Virus record (IMG/VR): IMGVR_UViG_3300027792_000011
DNA length: 64,000 nt
Strand: one strand, 5' to 3'
From: a virus
Position 1 is the stretch's first letter. Each line of letters starts with the position of its first letter. Made by a program: the position numbers and the translations under genes. Shown one piece after another: positions 21,601 to 30,181 of the stretch. The notes under the pieces are model-generated. The model did no database searches and was not told the DNA's origin. It saw nothing but the letters and a program-made list of their open reading frames with translations.

Positions 21601-21775
21601 AGATGTACAGGAAGACTGGATGGCTCGATTGAACCACGAGCATCTGAAGAGTACGCTTATTGAGGCAGCGCAGCAGGGATGGCAAAGCAATCTGCATGGC
21701 ATGAATCCGATCCCAGCTCTCATGCACGGAGCTGAATTCGGTAAGGGAACCAAGAAAGAGCCATGGGCGTACTAA
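15614..21775 (+). CDS. single-chain multisubunit-type DNA-directed RNA polymerase (beta + beta' fusion)
   Basis: beta motifs TPES..TG, YMPWRGYNFEDG, GDKIVGRHGNKG, NPIGTPGRMNIGQ; beta' motifs GGLFD.KI.G, R.P.LH, NADFDGD, GYL, Zn-site Cys, QSIGERGTQL.MK.FH. GTG 15614 follows SD GGAGG (ORF track start 15599). Confidence 0.95.
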   Translation: MARLDPAEGFEILKNRVKEAVAESFPHEGAKNILELESIDVPDKLSVSNVTDQKSAKMNGRTWGVPVHATLVLKDKKTDKILDRSKIKVATLPKITNRYSYIVDGSEYQIDNQWRLKPGVYTKIQQNGELDSFFNIQGQPLHIGFDPKERSFVFKHGGAQPPLYPIMRALGHSDGDLEKAWGKDILNANMTDSRGKLLNVEKHAINFANRLDPESEVDSLDKASEVIKQKFGESKLHPDVTSRTLGKAIDRITPDAVLRSSQRLLGVARGTEKPDVRDSLMYKEFLSAEDFVGERIRQSAPVIQRRIGNNIDRRDKIRDIVGMDVFQRPIKEFFSKVSLASTPEQTNPLKMISGQLRTTIAGEGGVKDANRITEDAKLIDPSHFGVLDPLHTPESSKTGVNLQLSLGARKVGTRVEIPLISVKTGKVAYLDPGKINDSIVALPDSVKRIGDRFVPKEGTTVLVSAVGNEIKHVPMKDVEYVVPRSSQMFSIATNMVPFISSDSPNRATMAGRHMEQAIPLKDPEPPLVQSVLGKKSFDELVGSYASHSAPINGKITQVGKDVIHILGEDKKSYAVNVYNHYPANDKKGMIHSTPLVKAGDRVTKGQVIADTNFTKNGIYAPGKNLEVAYMPWRGYNFEDGVVISESASQKLTSEHLLKPGLSTKEAKLVSPKKYQAYYQDRLNKEQAAKLDEEGVVKPGMKVKPGDTLIAALQEQQLTTEEQKLKLLHKSLVRPYKDKSVTWDEDVEGEVVEVNKRGSRVDVHVKTAEPMDVGDKIVGRHGNKGIVTLILPDHEMPKTKDGRPIEVIMNPIGTPGRMNIGQVLETAAAKIARKTGQTFKVTNFEIENNLEHVENELKKHGLTDKETIIDPKTGVEIPGIQVGPQYILKMEHQVGKKMAARSRDAYDRNLVPKGGGPHGAQALGSLGNYSMLAHGSKANLREMITYKSDKSQGGDNDELWTALQAGEMLPPPRTTFAYEKFNSYLKAMGVNTEKDGNSLNLVPLTDKHVLEMSNGELKDAGRVVKMRTLQPEKGGLFDQKITGGSDGTNWSHITLSAPMPNPLFEKAVMSVANIRGPQFDKIINGAAGVTKDGIIIEGTGAKGATYGPTAIGHLLAKVDVKKDLATEEARIQGLKGQLQSESRRKVKYLRALDKLGMKPTEAYMMNHVPVLPPNMRPIALLDDGSLQTDDLNEIYKQLAIVNNKHAEFPVGTPQSLKAPLQADIYDHLKALTGLGGTLNRKHPGILDVLAGREGPKTSFVQDVLIKRKQDLTMRSTIVPEPSLSLDEAEIPRKAAKEMYKPFIVRELKRTAGATPLAAKKMIDEDDPLARKALDRVVAERPILLKRDPVLHKYGIQAFKPKLVDGKAIKIHPLVCSGFNADFDGDAMSAYVPITAEAVKEAEQMFPSRNLFSPATGSVMYTPGHEAQVGLFMMADVGKHTNLHFKDHAEAEQAVKARKISPNDLIFIGSVKTTYGRSQLNNLLPPELQGGKLLTDLNFRLTKSEQEKLFNAMANIDRASYPAAINKMKDFGNEAATMGGFSFGLSDFKVHKDIRDPALKLAETKAAKLDLSKKDQLNKYIDIYEGAMKEIDAKLKQRMEDPKYQTNLVKLEIAAGIKGKGLRQLTAAPVLFVDGKSEVVTSPVKKSYSEGLSSGDYWTATSGGRKGAIQRVQSVSEPGYLTKQMANSTMDMLVAAHDCGTSRGISLSVDEPDVIGRYTVADLKLHRDLVPAGTLITPEIMTRIKNAKIDKVVVRSPMRCVHGKGVCAMCMGLSENGRLNDLGTNVGILATQSIGERGTQLAMKAFHSGGVYEGREAASKSIAASGLDRAVNILNLPQKIKGSAVLSTAMGRVNKIDKDPAGGVRININDKQHYVPADRSLLDKIRVGSQIKKGDPITDGPVNPHELLPLTNMSKVQGHLAGELHSIYGQYGIKRRHSELLVKALSNVTKVENPGDHPDLLPGDFTSTTQVYEWNKQNSQSKPVLHTPVLRGVKTIPLDVQEDWMARLNHEHLKSTLIEAAQQGWQSNLHGMNPIPALMHGAEFGKGTKKEPWAY

Positions 21776-22530
21776 ACACCAAGTTTCGTTTCGTCAGTGA
21801 GCAGAAGCTGGACGATCTCGGAATCCGGGATTATCAGCGCGGGGCACGACATCTTATCGCAGTGGACGATAAGGACAAGTTCGTCGGCTACGCAGGTAAG
21901 AACAAGGACGAGCTGGTGGGACTCTATGTGCGTCCGCCTCATCGGCGACAGGGAGTGGCTACACAGCTACTCGATCGTCTTGGAGGTATTCGTACCATAG
22001 AGACCGACACTGCAGACAAACGGGCTCGCAGTTTCTATCAGTCTCGTGGATTTTCTCCGACCGAATCTCATGGAAAGATATTGATCATGGCGAAGACCGC
22101 AATGCTCATTGGACTATCAGATGGGCTGTGCGAGGCAGATGACTATAAAGGTAAAACAATGAACGAGTATGATCAGATCATGTACCAATCCTTCTTTGAC
22201 GAGATGTCTGCTCTTGAGAAGCAAGGCATCCTATCAAAGCTGGCGGCAGCTCCAGGATTCCTAAGCCAGTTGTGGCGAGGTGGAAAGCAACTGGTCAGGA
22301 ATCCAGGAAGTTCGGGTACTGCAATGTCTAAAGCATGGCAACGTGGTGTCGCCAAAGCAGCTCCAGATGCTGGAGGATGGTCCAAAGGATGGTCTGGCCT
22401 GAAGGGTGTTGCTGGAACTCCACAAGGCAAGGCTGCGCTAGTAGGAGCAGGAGGAACACTTGCTGGGGCAGGTGGAGCTGGATATCTGCTAGGACGTGGT
22501 GGACAGAACCAGAATGTGTACGTGAGGTAG
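21763..22530 (+). CDS. GNAT acetyltransferase domain fused to a tagged Gly-rich amphipathic module
   Basis: LYVRPPHRRQGVATQLL acetyl-CoA motif, A.SFYQSRGF; then AKTAM, FFDEMSALEKQG; possible internal start at ATG 22159. Confidence 0.7.
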   Translation: MGVLNTKFRFVSEQKLDDLGIRDYQRGARHLIAVDDKDKFVGYAGKNKDELVGLYVRPPHRRQGVATQLLDRLGGIRTIETDTADKRARSFYQSRGFSPTESHGKILIMAKTAMLIGLSDGLCEADDYKGKTMNEYDQIMYQSFFDEMSALEKQGILSKLAAAPGFLSQLWRGGKQLVRNPGSSGTAMSKAWQRGVAKAAPDAGGWSKGWSGLKGVAGTPQGKAALVGAGGTLAGAGGAGYLLGRGGQNQNVYVR

Positions 22531-22533
22531 TAC

Positions 22534-23721
22534 GTGCCTAGAGCTCACCGCAACTCGATGATCCAAAGGGGTGTGAACCCCGTCGTGATCGAGGAGGGTA
22601 GGATCATCAACGTAGACATGGTCCATTGGACCGTTGATGTCCGAACCACCCATTCGCAGAGACAACTGCTAGACATGCAAGTTGGCGCACCCTATCTGCA
22701 CTTCGCTGCTGGTGAAGGCATCTATGCCATGCCGGAAGTGGGCGCCAAGGTCAAAACGTGCAGCCCTAGCGATAGTCCTCCGTTCATTCTTTGCTTCATC
22801 ACTACATTCGAGCGAGAGGGTCAACCTGCTTCAGACGAGGGAGAGGCCGCTACTCGTCCAACTGTCGAAACTAGTGAGAACGGTGATGCACCATCAGAGG
22901 TCACGTATCGATCAGGAAGACCAAAGCTCCAGCAAGGTGACATCATGCTTCGCTGCCGAGATGGTAACCAGATCTGGCTACATCGAGGTGGTGTGATAGA
23001 GATCGGTGCTACATGGATCGCTAAGCGGTTCTACATACCTCTTCTCAATACGATCAGAGACATTGCCGAGAATTGGGAGGCTCTGACTCTAGCCGGAGAT
23101 ATGACGTGGCATATCGAACGATCAGATTCCAGCCAACCAAGCGAATCACGTCAAGACGAAGCTACTTTCACTCTGCTAGCGAAGAACCTAGCTCAGGATC
23201 AGTATGCTACTGTCCTAGTCCGAGCTGGACATGTAGACGATACAAAGCGCTTCAGGATAGCTGTTGCGCCAAACGCGATAGACACCAGGACTGGGGATGT
23301 GAGAAGTGGCGCAGTCTATACCATGGACGTGGACGAGGAAGGCAGCCTCGACGTCACCATTGAGAAGGATGTAACGATCAATATCAATGGTGAGTTGGAT
23401 CAAACAGTCAACGGCAATGCACAGCTTACGTACAACTCTGATCTTACAGAAACAGTCAGTGGCAACCACGAAGAGACTATCAGTGGGAGACACAGGCTCG
23501 AGGCAGCCACTAGTGAGGAACGTATCAATGGATCCAAGACCATTACGTCTCCAATGATCAAGCTTGGTGGAGCTGGTGCTGCTACTCCTCTTGTACTAGC
23601 GAGCGTACCGGTGATCCAATTTCTTGGGTACCACACCCATGTGGTGGTCGGAAGTACGACGCAGGGTCCAATTCCTCCAGTGGTAGCGGGATTCAAAACT
23701 ACCAAGGTGAGCGGGGAGTGA
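22534..23721 (+). CDS. baseplate central spike (gpV/gp5-like)
   Basis: N-terminal OB-like region (MPEVGAKV), beta-helix repeats (TVNGN, TVSGN, TISG), C-terminal HTH (HxH) metal-binding tip. Confidence 0.75.
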   Translation: MPRAHRNSMIQRGVNPVVIEEGRIINVDMVHWTVDVRTTHSQRQLLDMQVGAPYLHFAAGEGIYAMPEVGAKVKTCSPSDSPPFILCFITTFEREGQPASDEGEAATRPTVETSENGDAPSEVTYRSGRPKLQQGDIMLRCRDGNQIWLHRGGVIEIGATWIAKRFYIPLLNTIRDIAENWEALTLAGDMTWHIERSDSSQPSESRQDEATFTLLAKNLAQDQYATVLVRAGHVDDTKRFRIAVAPNAIDTRTGDVRSGAVYTMDVDEEGSLDVTIEKDVTININGELDQTVNGNAQLTYNSDLTETVSGNHEETISGRHRLEAATSEERINGSKTITSPMIKLGGAGAATPLVLASVPVIQFLGYHTHVVVGSTTQGPIPPVVAGFKTTKVSGE

Positions 23722-24008
23722 TCATGTCATTGAATGCTACCAAACTGGAGAGAAGAATCATTAGCATCTTCCGGGCGACCGTACGTTCGCTGTATCCTGA
23801 TGTGGTGAGAAGCGTAACGGTTCGTGAGATTCCAAAAACTGATGGAACCATGGACCACGAGGTCACGGAGAATCGTGGCCCACTAGAAATAGAAGAGAAG
23901 CACCTTATCCCCCTGGCTCGGGCAATAGCCCAAGCTGTGGTAGAAGAGATCAAGTCGGGAGCTGAAGTGAATGACGCTGCAGCAGCCCAGACCTGGAGGA
24001 TCAAATGA
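23718..24008 (+). CDS. hypothetical protein downstream of spike
   Basis: coupled ORF; LARAIAQAVVEEIKSGAEV. Confidence 0.65.
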   Translation: MIMSLNATKLERRIISIFRATVRSLYPDVVRSVTVREIPKTDGTMDHEVTENRGPLEIEEKHLIPLARAIAQAVVEEIKSGAEVNDAAAAQTWRIK

Positions 24009-26080
24009 ACGATGTCCCGCTGTTCATTGAAGTAACAACGCCTGTCATCGAGAAGATCGCATTCGAGGCCAAGCTGTCTGAGAATGCCGACACCTGGCCC
24101 AAGGAGGTGCTTGACGAGCTGCTGAAGCAGCACCCCTACATGGGCGTCTATGACATCAGCCCGATCATGACAGAAGTGAACGGCGACCGAGGAGTTGGCA
24201 TCGGGTTCTTCCAGGTGAGCAATGCTTCTGCAACTGCTGCACTGGGTCCTGGTGGTGAGGCCCTTCGGACTATGCAAGGCGTCAAGACAGTTCGAGTCCC
24301 GATCATCATCAAAGACAACAAGCTTTGCTCGCTTGATGTCATGATGAAGGCAGATGGCAAGGCATCCCCTCTAAATGAACGAAGAGTACGTGAGGCCCTT
24401 CACAGACCTCAGCTCTTCGATGCCATCAAGAAATCTCCCGGTGATCAGTCGCTGGTAGAGAGTCTCTATCCACCTACTGCTCGTCAGCGTGGTATTCAGG
24501 CTGGTCAGGTCGTTGATGCTCCACAGATGAAGATCGGCTCTCACACTCACAAGCCGAGATTCCTCCTCAATGCCATTGCGCCAACCGTGCTCCAAGGTGA
24601 TCTGAACAAGGTAGCGTCGATACTCGAGAGTGACGAGAACCTTGCTAGATCCTTGATGCGCAATAATGTGACACGAGATGCCCTGGAGTTCATTGGTACG
24701 CTCGAAGCTACCACTGCTGCAGATGTCGAGAAGGTGGCTGCCAAGCTTGCAAGACCCGATGTCATCCAGGTCAGTCGTGATGGCGAAGTCTACAGACTGA
24801 AGATGGCCAATAGCCAAGACTTCCATCCGGAAGTAGTCGAAGCGGATCGACCTACAATGGCAGCCATTGCCGGTCAAGATCTAGTGACAAAGGCGGACAA
24901 GAGTGGCGCAGTCACTGTTACCACCGATCCAGTTGTAAGGGACATGCTCGAAGACGAGGTAGCAGAGGTCGTCACCAGATTCGGCGAGTACAAGGTCAAG
25001 ACCACTGATGGGAAAGAGCTGATGGGTTGGGTGTTCCCATCGGTCCTCGATTTTGATGGTACGTCGTTGCCGATGCAGCTCTTCACCAACGGAAGCAACT
25101 CCGCACTACAGTCTCAGATCGCCGGCAGTCTCATAGGCAAGAGCTCCAACATCATACGTGGCAAACCGGCAGGCTATGGATTCTTCTATCGAGTCACTGC
25201 TAGCGGTAGCGTACTCGCATTCATTCCGGTTGAGATCAAGTCGTCGTTTGGTGATCCATCTGGTGAAGGTTACATGATCCACACCATGATGGGTCTTCCA
25301 GCTACTGTGAGGTTCGCTCCCGGTAGTCGTCAGATCGTCAAGACTGGTCCAGAGGAGTATACGCTTCCAGCCGATGTTCGCTGGGCTCCTCTTGGGGATG
25401 CTGTTCCCCTTATGTCCAATCCAACCGAGTTTGCGAAGATAGCTAACCTGAAGGACGTTCACAATACGGTCAGGATCGTATCTGATAGGACTACGTGGTC
25501 CTTCCAGAGTGGACCCGGTCTCAACAAGGTGGCTCACAGATGGCGAGAAGGTCTCTCTGGTGAGAATGCCATGTTCATGGCGTGCTCCTTTGGTATGGAT
25601 TCAGCTACGGCAACTCGAGCACTTGTGAAGGCCGCCAAGAGTGGACGTGCCGAGGTGAAGGGCTGCAGAGAGATCCATGTGCACCGAGAGAAACTTGCTG
25701 AGGCACGCAAGGAAGCTGCGAAGTTGATGAGCGAGGTGCCGAAGAAACACCTGCTCCTCAAGGAAGCGGCCGGCTTGGATGACATGACGACAGTGGATCA
25801 TATACTGTCTCTCGGCTTCCTCAATCCGGAGAACACCAAGATCTTCATCAACTATCTTCCTGAGCTTGAAGAAACCGTGAGCAAGCTAGCCGAGCTGCTG
25901 GTTGCTGCACGTACGGGGATGAAGGATATTCCAGAAGATTCGATCAAAAGTGCAATGGAAAGACTGGATGAAGTGATCGTAGGGTTGAATGAACTGTTGC
26001 ATAGGGAGTACATTGACAAGACCAGTGCAGCAAAGCGTGACATTTTCACGCAGAGGCTGATAGGTATGGCCGGAGGATGA
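24005..26080 (+). CDS. large putative head protein with K-x-A sites
   Basis: SD GGAGG; IEKIAF, VEKVAA, FAKIAN, LLKEAA. Confidence 0.7.
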   Translation: MNDVPLFIEVTTPVIEKIAFEAKLSENADTWPKEVLDELLKQHPYMGVYDISPIMTEVNGDRGVGIGFFQVSNASATAALGPGGEALRTMQGVKTVRVPIIIKDNKLCSLDVMMKADGKASPLNERRVREALHRPQLFDAIKKSPGDQSLVESLYPPTARQRGIQAGQVVDAPQMKIGSHTHKPRFLLNAIAPTVLQGDLNKVASILESDENLARSLMRNNVTRDALEFIGTLEATTAADVEKVAAKLARPDVIQVSRDGEVYRLKMANSQDFHPEVVEADRPTMAAIAGQDLVTKADKSGAVTVTTDPVVRDMLEDEVAEVVTRFGEYKVKTTDGKELMGWVFPSVLDFDGTSLPMQLFTNGSNSALQSQIAGSLIGKSSNIIRGKPAGYGFFYRVTASGSVLAFIPVEIKSSFGDPSGEGYMIHTMMGLPATVRFAPGSRQIVKTGPEEYTLPADVRWAPLGDAVPLMSNPTEFAKIANLKDVHNTVRIVSDRTTWSFQSGPGLNKVAHRWREGLSGENAMFMACSFGMDSATATRALVKAAKSGRAEVKGCREIHVHREKLAEARKEAAKLMSEVPKKHLLLKEAAGLDDMTTVDHILSLGFLNPENTKIFINYLPELEETVSKLAELLVAARTGMKDIPEDSIKSAMERLDEVIVGLNELLHREYIDKTSAAKRDIFTQRLIGMAGG

Positions 26081-26083
26081 TGA

Positions 26084-26962
26084 GTGAGTGCCCACCCCGC
26101 GATCTACTACGCGAAGTTCTATCTATCACGTAGATCACATACATATGATGGGGTAGCCCAGCTTCTCTCTATCATTGGTCTTGGTGGTCTCAATGCCGAT
26201 GAGCTGGAGACCATCGACAAGATGATGGAGTATCCCAGTCCATTTCTGCCCGATAATCTACGTGATCGACCAAGTCAGAGCTTCTTGCGACACGAACAGA
26301 TCTATGATGCGTGGCATCCAGGTGCAGACATGAAGAGGGCTTTGTCTATCCTGGAAACGTCGAAGCTGAGACATCTGGTGGAGACATACATTCTGTCTCC
26401 CGTCAAACCAGAACAAGCTATCAAGAAGATCAACAAACAGTATACTGACGCTGACATCACAGTGAGGGCATACGATCTGTTCCAGCACTACTTCTGGAAC
26501 AGAGAGTCGATGAGTGGTGTGGAGTGGGGCAAGTTCATAGATGATCGTGATCAGACAAACAAAGAATGGCTAGATCTAGCCGTGAAGGTAAGAGGGCCTG
26601 GTGGCGTACAGGCATTGTTGTGGAAGACTAACAGCGGACCTCTCCGAGGAATAGAAGCTAATAGGGCGTTCACTGACGTACGGAACATCGCGTTCATGTG
26701 CGTTCAGCAGATAGCCATGCAGCGTCCGTCCAAGTACCACTCGGAGATGCTGCTCAACTACACTCGAGCGATGAAGATGTCACAGGAAGGGATCGATGCG
26801 AGCACCGATGCGGTACGAGATGTGGTGCACGCATTCAACTCGTTCAGGATGCGACACGCTGAGATCAATACCCCGTCCGTGCAGTTGTTGACCGGTGGCA
26901 ACTTCTCTGAAGCTGAAGGTGGACCTGACACAGAAGAAAGGCTTGACTATGACGATGTTTGA
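26084..26962 (+). CDS. hypothetical protein
   Basis: SD GGAGG; 292-aa ORF. Confidence 0.7.
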   Translation: MSAHPAIYYAKFYLSRRSHTYDGVAQLLSIIGLGGLNADELETIDKMMEYPSPFLPDNLRDRPSQSFLRHEQIYDAWHPGADMKRALSILETSKLRHLVETYILSPVKPEQAIKKINKQYTDADITVRAYDLFQHYFWNRESMSGVEWGKFIDDRDQTNKEWLDLAVKVRGPGGVQALLWKTNSGPLRGIEANRAFTDVRNIAFMCVQQIAMQRPSKYHSEMLLNYTRAMKMSQEGIDASTDAVRDVVHAFNSFRMRHAEINTPSVQLLTGGNFSEAEGGPDTEERLDYDDV

Positions 26963-27356
26963 TCGAGATGGAAGAAGACCAGAAGAGGTTCTCAAGCAGC
27001 ATGGTGGCGAGGCAAGGGAGATGTTCCAGAGAAACTACTTTGGTCATGGAGCTCCCAATATCAAGCCGATAGACATGCGGCATGTTGATATGCCCGGCTA
27101 CACAGTGGAGTTCGTGGTGAAGGGTGAAGATCTGATCATGCACTTCTTCCGTGCAGACGATTCTGGCTGGACCAATGAGTTCAGAAGTCAGATCTGGAAA
27201 GCGATGATGGAGGGGTTCAAGCTCCACGATCATCAAGAGCGCCTCATCATAGAATGGGTTCCGGAAATGTACAGTTGGTGCGTGACCGTGAAGAAACTTG
27301 CGATCGTAGCTTCACCAGATGACGATATTGTCCTGTCAGCCCTCCAACGAATATGA
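26949..27356 (+). CDS. hypothetical protein
   Basis: ORF overlapping upstream gene end. Confidence 0.6.
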   Translation: MTMFDRDGRRPEEVLKQHGGEAREMFQRNYFGHGAPNIKPIDMRHVDMPGYTVEFVVKGEDLIMHFFRADDSGWTNEFRSQIWKAMMEGFKLHDHQERLIIEWVPEMYSWCVTVKKLAIVASPDDDIVLSALQRI

Positions 27357-27362
27357 TAGGGC

Positions 27363-27581
27363 ATGCCCTCTAGCAAAAAGCCATCACAGGTCAAGCATGA
27401 GAAGAGATCTCAGTTGGGAAACTCTCCCTCGGCTGCTGTGAGCGGGAACACTCCAACAGTTCAAGCTTCCTCTCCGATGGGATCAAACACGGTTCCATCT
27501 GCGTACAACACGGTCACGAAAGTTGGGCAGGTGAAGTATGCGGCCTGGGCAGATGAGTTTGAGAAGATCATAGGAAGGTAA
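27363..27581 (+). CDS. small protein with C-terminal WADEFEKII tag variant
   Basis: TATGAT 5 nt before ATG (possibly leaderless); tag-like C-terminus. Confidence 0.6.
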   Translation: MPSSKKPSQVKHEKRSQLGNSPSAAVSGNTPTVQASSPMGSNTVPSAYNTVTKVGQVKYAAWADEFEKIIGR

Positions 27582-27584
27582 CCA

Positions 27585-28052
27585 ATGCCCGCTTGGATAC
27601 ATGATCGAGCTATGAAGCTCAAGAAGCAGATGGAAGACACCTATCCACCAGAGAAGGCCAAGCAGGTTGCCTTCGCTGTCGCAACGCAAATGGCCCACAA
27701 GACCGGCAAGAGTCCAAAGACTTTTGGTACGTCAGAAGGTAGATCGGAAGCCAAGGCCAAGTTCGACAAGCCGAAGAGTGAGTACAAGAAGACTGCCTCC
27801 GCGATCATGTTCGACGGCTTTTCAGATGAGCTGGAGAAGATCGCAATCTCTTTTCGACTTCCATCTGCGATAAGGAACGTTCCAGCAGTTACCAAAAATC
27901 TACTCACCAATGCTAAGACCGGTCTTGGGGCAGCAAAGACTAGTCTTGGAACACTGCCACGTAGAGCGTATACAGCAGCTCATTCACCGCAAGTGCAGCA
28001 CACTATGTACAATCTTGGTGATACTGCTCTACAGCTGGTAGCTCCACATTGA
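27585..28052 (+). CDS. tagged candidate cargo protein
   Basis: YKKTAS followed by FSDELEKIA. Confidence 0.7.
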   Translation: MPAWIHDRAMKLKKQMEDTYPPEKAKQVAFAVATQMAHKTGKSPKTFGTSEGRSEAKAKFDKPKSEYKKTASAIMFDGFSDELEKIAISFRLPSAIRNVPAVTKNLLTNAKTGLGAAKTSLGTLPRRAYTAAHSPQVQHTMYNLGDTALQLVAPH

Positions 28053-28089
28053 TTCTGGACAAGTATGATCAGCAAAGGAAGGTGACAGT

Positions 28090-28488
28090 ATGTATTGGCA
28101 TGTTACGCTTAGAGGATTTTCTGATGAGTTGCAAAAAATAGCTGTAGCACAATGGCGTACTATTGCGCGTGCAGTACCTGGTGCGGCAGAGCGTATGGGT
28201 GCACATCTTAGTCCAGGAGGTGCACTGTCTATTGAGCGTGCTGTTCCACTCAAGCGTCCAGGTATGATTGATGAGGCAGCGTTTTTGAAGCGCCGCGCAC
28301 TTCACCCTGATGCTGCTTCTGTTGTTAGAGAGGGGACAGGAGTGCTGGAAACTGGGGCTCGGGATTTCCCTTCACATACACACGGTACCCCAAGAGCACG
28401 TCAAGTACATGACTATCAATTCATGGGCCACCCACAAGAGTTTTCTGGGACAACTCCAACAACTCCTTGGTTTATGAGGCGCAAATAG
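28090..28488 (+). CDS. tagged candidate cargo protein
   Basis: SD GGAAGG; N-terminal FSDELQKIA. Confidence 0.7.
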   Translation: MYWHVTLRGFSDELQKIAVAQWRTIARAVPGAAERMGAHLSPGGALSIERAVPLKRPGMIDEAAFLKRRALHPDAASVVREGTGVLETGARDFPSHTHGTPRARQVHDYQFMGHPQEFSGTTPTTPWFMRRK

Positions 28489-28539
28489 GGAAGGTAACAA
28501 CCAGCAGCTCTCTTTGATGGCTCGAGTAGGTTGATGCAT

Positions 28540-28570
28540 AGCTAAGAAAATGCCGCAGAGGTTGCGGCAA
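28540..28570 (-). terminator. terminator with TTAGCT tail
   Basis: TGCCGCA/TGCGGCA stem + TTTTCTTAGCT. Confidence 0.7.
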
Positions 28571-28573
28571 GAA

Positions 28574-29233
28574 CTACTTGGGTGGGCACTCCAGATAGAT
28601 TTTGATCTCACCATGCCCATCGGGCATGATGTACCAGTCGCAGAAGTCATGCTTGCCCCTGGTGAAGGTCTTCACCAAACCAGGTTTGGCTCCATGAGCT
28701 GCTGCTTCGATCAAATCCATCAGAGCCTGTCCGTCCCCGATAGGAAGTCTCCTATTTCTAGGATTGTCCTCTTCGGTTGGGAACATCATTCGGTAGGAGA
28801 CTTGGAGTACACGTCCGTGTTTCTGCACTTCAGCGATCTCACGGTGTGCACTCCATAGTCCACCAGGTGTGAGCTGGAACTGATCTTGGTATAGCAGACT
28901 GATCTGCTTCATCAGATCATCCAACCAGGAAAAGTCGGCAGAGCCCATGATAGTGTCTAGTATGAGCCGAAACCTGCTGTTCGGACAGTACTGACACCAC
29001 TCTCGAAACCGATCGTCACTCTTCTTGGTCCACATGCAGCTATCACGAGGAACCAGGTGAGTGTCACCAGATCTTATCCTGGCTTTCGGTTCCGATACGC
29101 TCTTTGGAGATCTATTGAGATCGCGAGGACAAGCAACCCAAAGACCCTTTTGATCCAGTACCCACTGGCTGAGTCCTTGGGATGCCTTCCTCGGTTGATC
29201 AACTCCAGATGTCTTCTCCCTCGGCACTCTCAT
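28574..29233 (-). CDS. hypothetical protein (start uncertain)
   Basis: ORF ends just before the terminator. Confidence 0.55.
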   Translation of the reverse strand: MRVPREKTSGVDQPRKASQGLSQWVLDQKGLWVACPRDLNRSPKSVSEPKARIRSGDTHLVPRDSCMWTKKSDDRFREWCQYCPNSRFRLILDTIMGSADFSWLDDLMKQISLLYQDQFQLTPGGLWSAHREIAEVQKHGRVLQVSYRMMFPTEEDNPRNRRLPIGDGQALMDLIEAAAHGAKPGLVKTFTRGKHDFCDWYIMPDGHGEIKIYLECPPK

Positions 29234-30077
29234 CCTCCTCTGACGAGTCCGAGAACCAATACTTCTCCAGGAGGTCTCTTGCCTTCTCGTCCTTCACGAG
29301 GGCAATAGCACATTCTGGGTGCTCGCCATCTCGGAGGTCTATGCCATCCTGCCATCCTGGTTTGCTGTCAAAGCCAGCCAGTTTGACGGTGTCGTTGGCA
29401 GCGCGCTTCAACAGCGCGATGGGGAGTCCTGTTGGACCCTTCCGGACTGGGGCCAAATTGAACCCCATTGCGCTTATGATCTCACGCTGCTCTTTGGTGG
29501 TGTCACACCCGTCGGCGACACCCTTGATGAGAGTGTATGTCTGTTTGCCGACGGGATCGCTGGCGAAGAAGCATGGTTGCCACTCGCTCCAGTCTTTGCC
29601 ATTCGGTGGTACCAGGCCAAACATGGCCCAGTTTCCTCGAGTGTTCAGAACCATCCCCACACCACATGTGTCGATGGCTGTGCTCCTCCCGGAGCGGCCA
29701 GTGATGGTCACCTTTGGTCCGCGAAGGTGGCCATTGTAGATCATAAGAAGATCAAGCCGTAGCTTGACCTTCACCCCGTCCACGATCTTCATCCATGAGA
29801 CACCCTGGGTACGGGTCATCTCTTGGAACATCGAATCGGCCATTGCCACGTGTGCAGTCTTGACCATGGCGACTTTCGATCCGAGCACGCCTCCCTCTAC
29901 CTTTGCTCTCTTCAGGATTTCAGTAAGTCGTCTTCCCCCGTACAGTTTGAGAAGCCGGCGCGACTCACTCTCGGAGAACCCCATGCTGATCGCTTTCGCG
30001 ACCAGCTTTTCCTCTCGTGAGTCCTTTTCTTGCTCCTGCTCCTGCTGTACCACGTTCTCAGCTACTGCTGCTGCCAT
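29199..30077 (-). CDS. hypothetical protein in antisense cassette, acidic C-terminus
   Basis: SD GGAGG, own promoter motif. Confidence 0.75.
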   Translation of the reverse strand: MAAAVAENVVQQEQEQEKDSREEKLVAKAISMGFSESESRRLLKLYGGRRLTEILKRAKVEGGVLGSKVAMVKTAHVAMADSMFQEMTRTQGVSWMKIVDGVKVKLRLDLLMIYNGHLRGPKVTITGRSGRSTAIDTCGVGMVLNTRGNWAMFGLVPPNGKDWSEWQPCFFASDPVGKQTYTLIKGVADGCDTTKEQREIISAMGFNLAPVRKGPTGLPIALLKRAANDTVKLAGFDSKPGWQDGIDLRDGEHPECAIALVKDEKARDLLEKYWFSDSSEEDESAEGEDIWS

Positions 30078-30136
30078 AACCGATCTCCTCCATCTCCCTA
30101 GTCCATATCTAGGAAACTGATCACTGCCACATTTGT

Positions 30137-30162
30137 CTTATAGCGTTGGCACAGATCAATTT
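30137..30162 (-). promoter_or_regulatory. phage promoter motif AAA-N17-TATAAG
   Basis: CAAA-ttgatctgtgccaacgc-TATAAG. Confidence 0.6.
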
Positions 30163-30174
30163 GTAGCGTATATT
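30146..30174 (+). promoter_or_regulatory. sigma70-like promoter for terL (probably leaderless)
   Basis: TTGGCA-N17-TATATT, 7 nt before ATG 30182, no SD. Confidence 0.45.
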
Positions 30175-30181
30175 CGAGCAG

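Noticed and set aside
15614-21775. Host chromosomal rpoB/rpoC locus, or intein/intron in the RNAP
   Set aside because: Flanked by portal and spike genes, with no ribosomal-protein neighbours; reduced length; no intein or intron signature seen.
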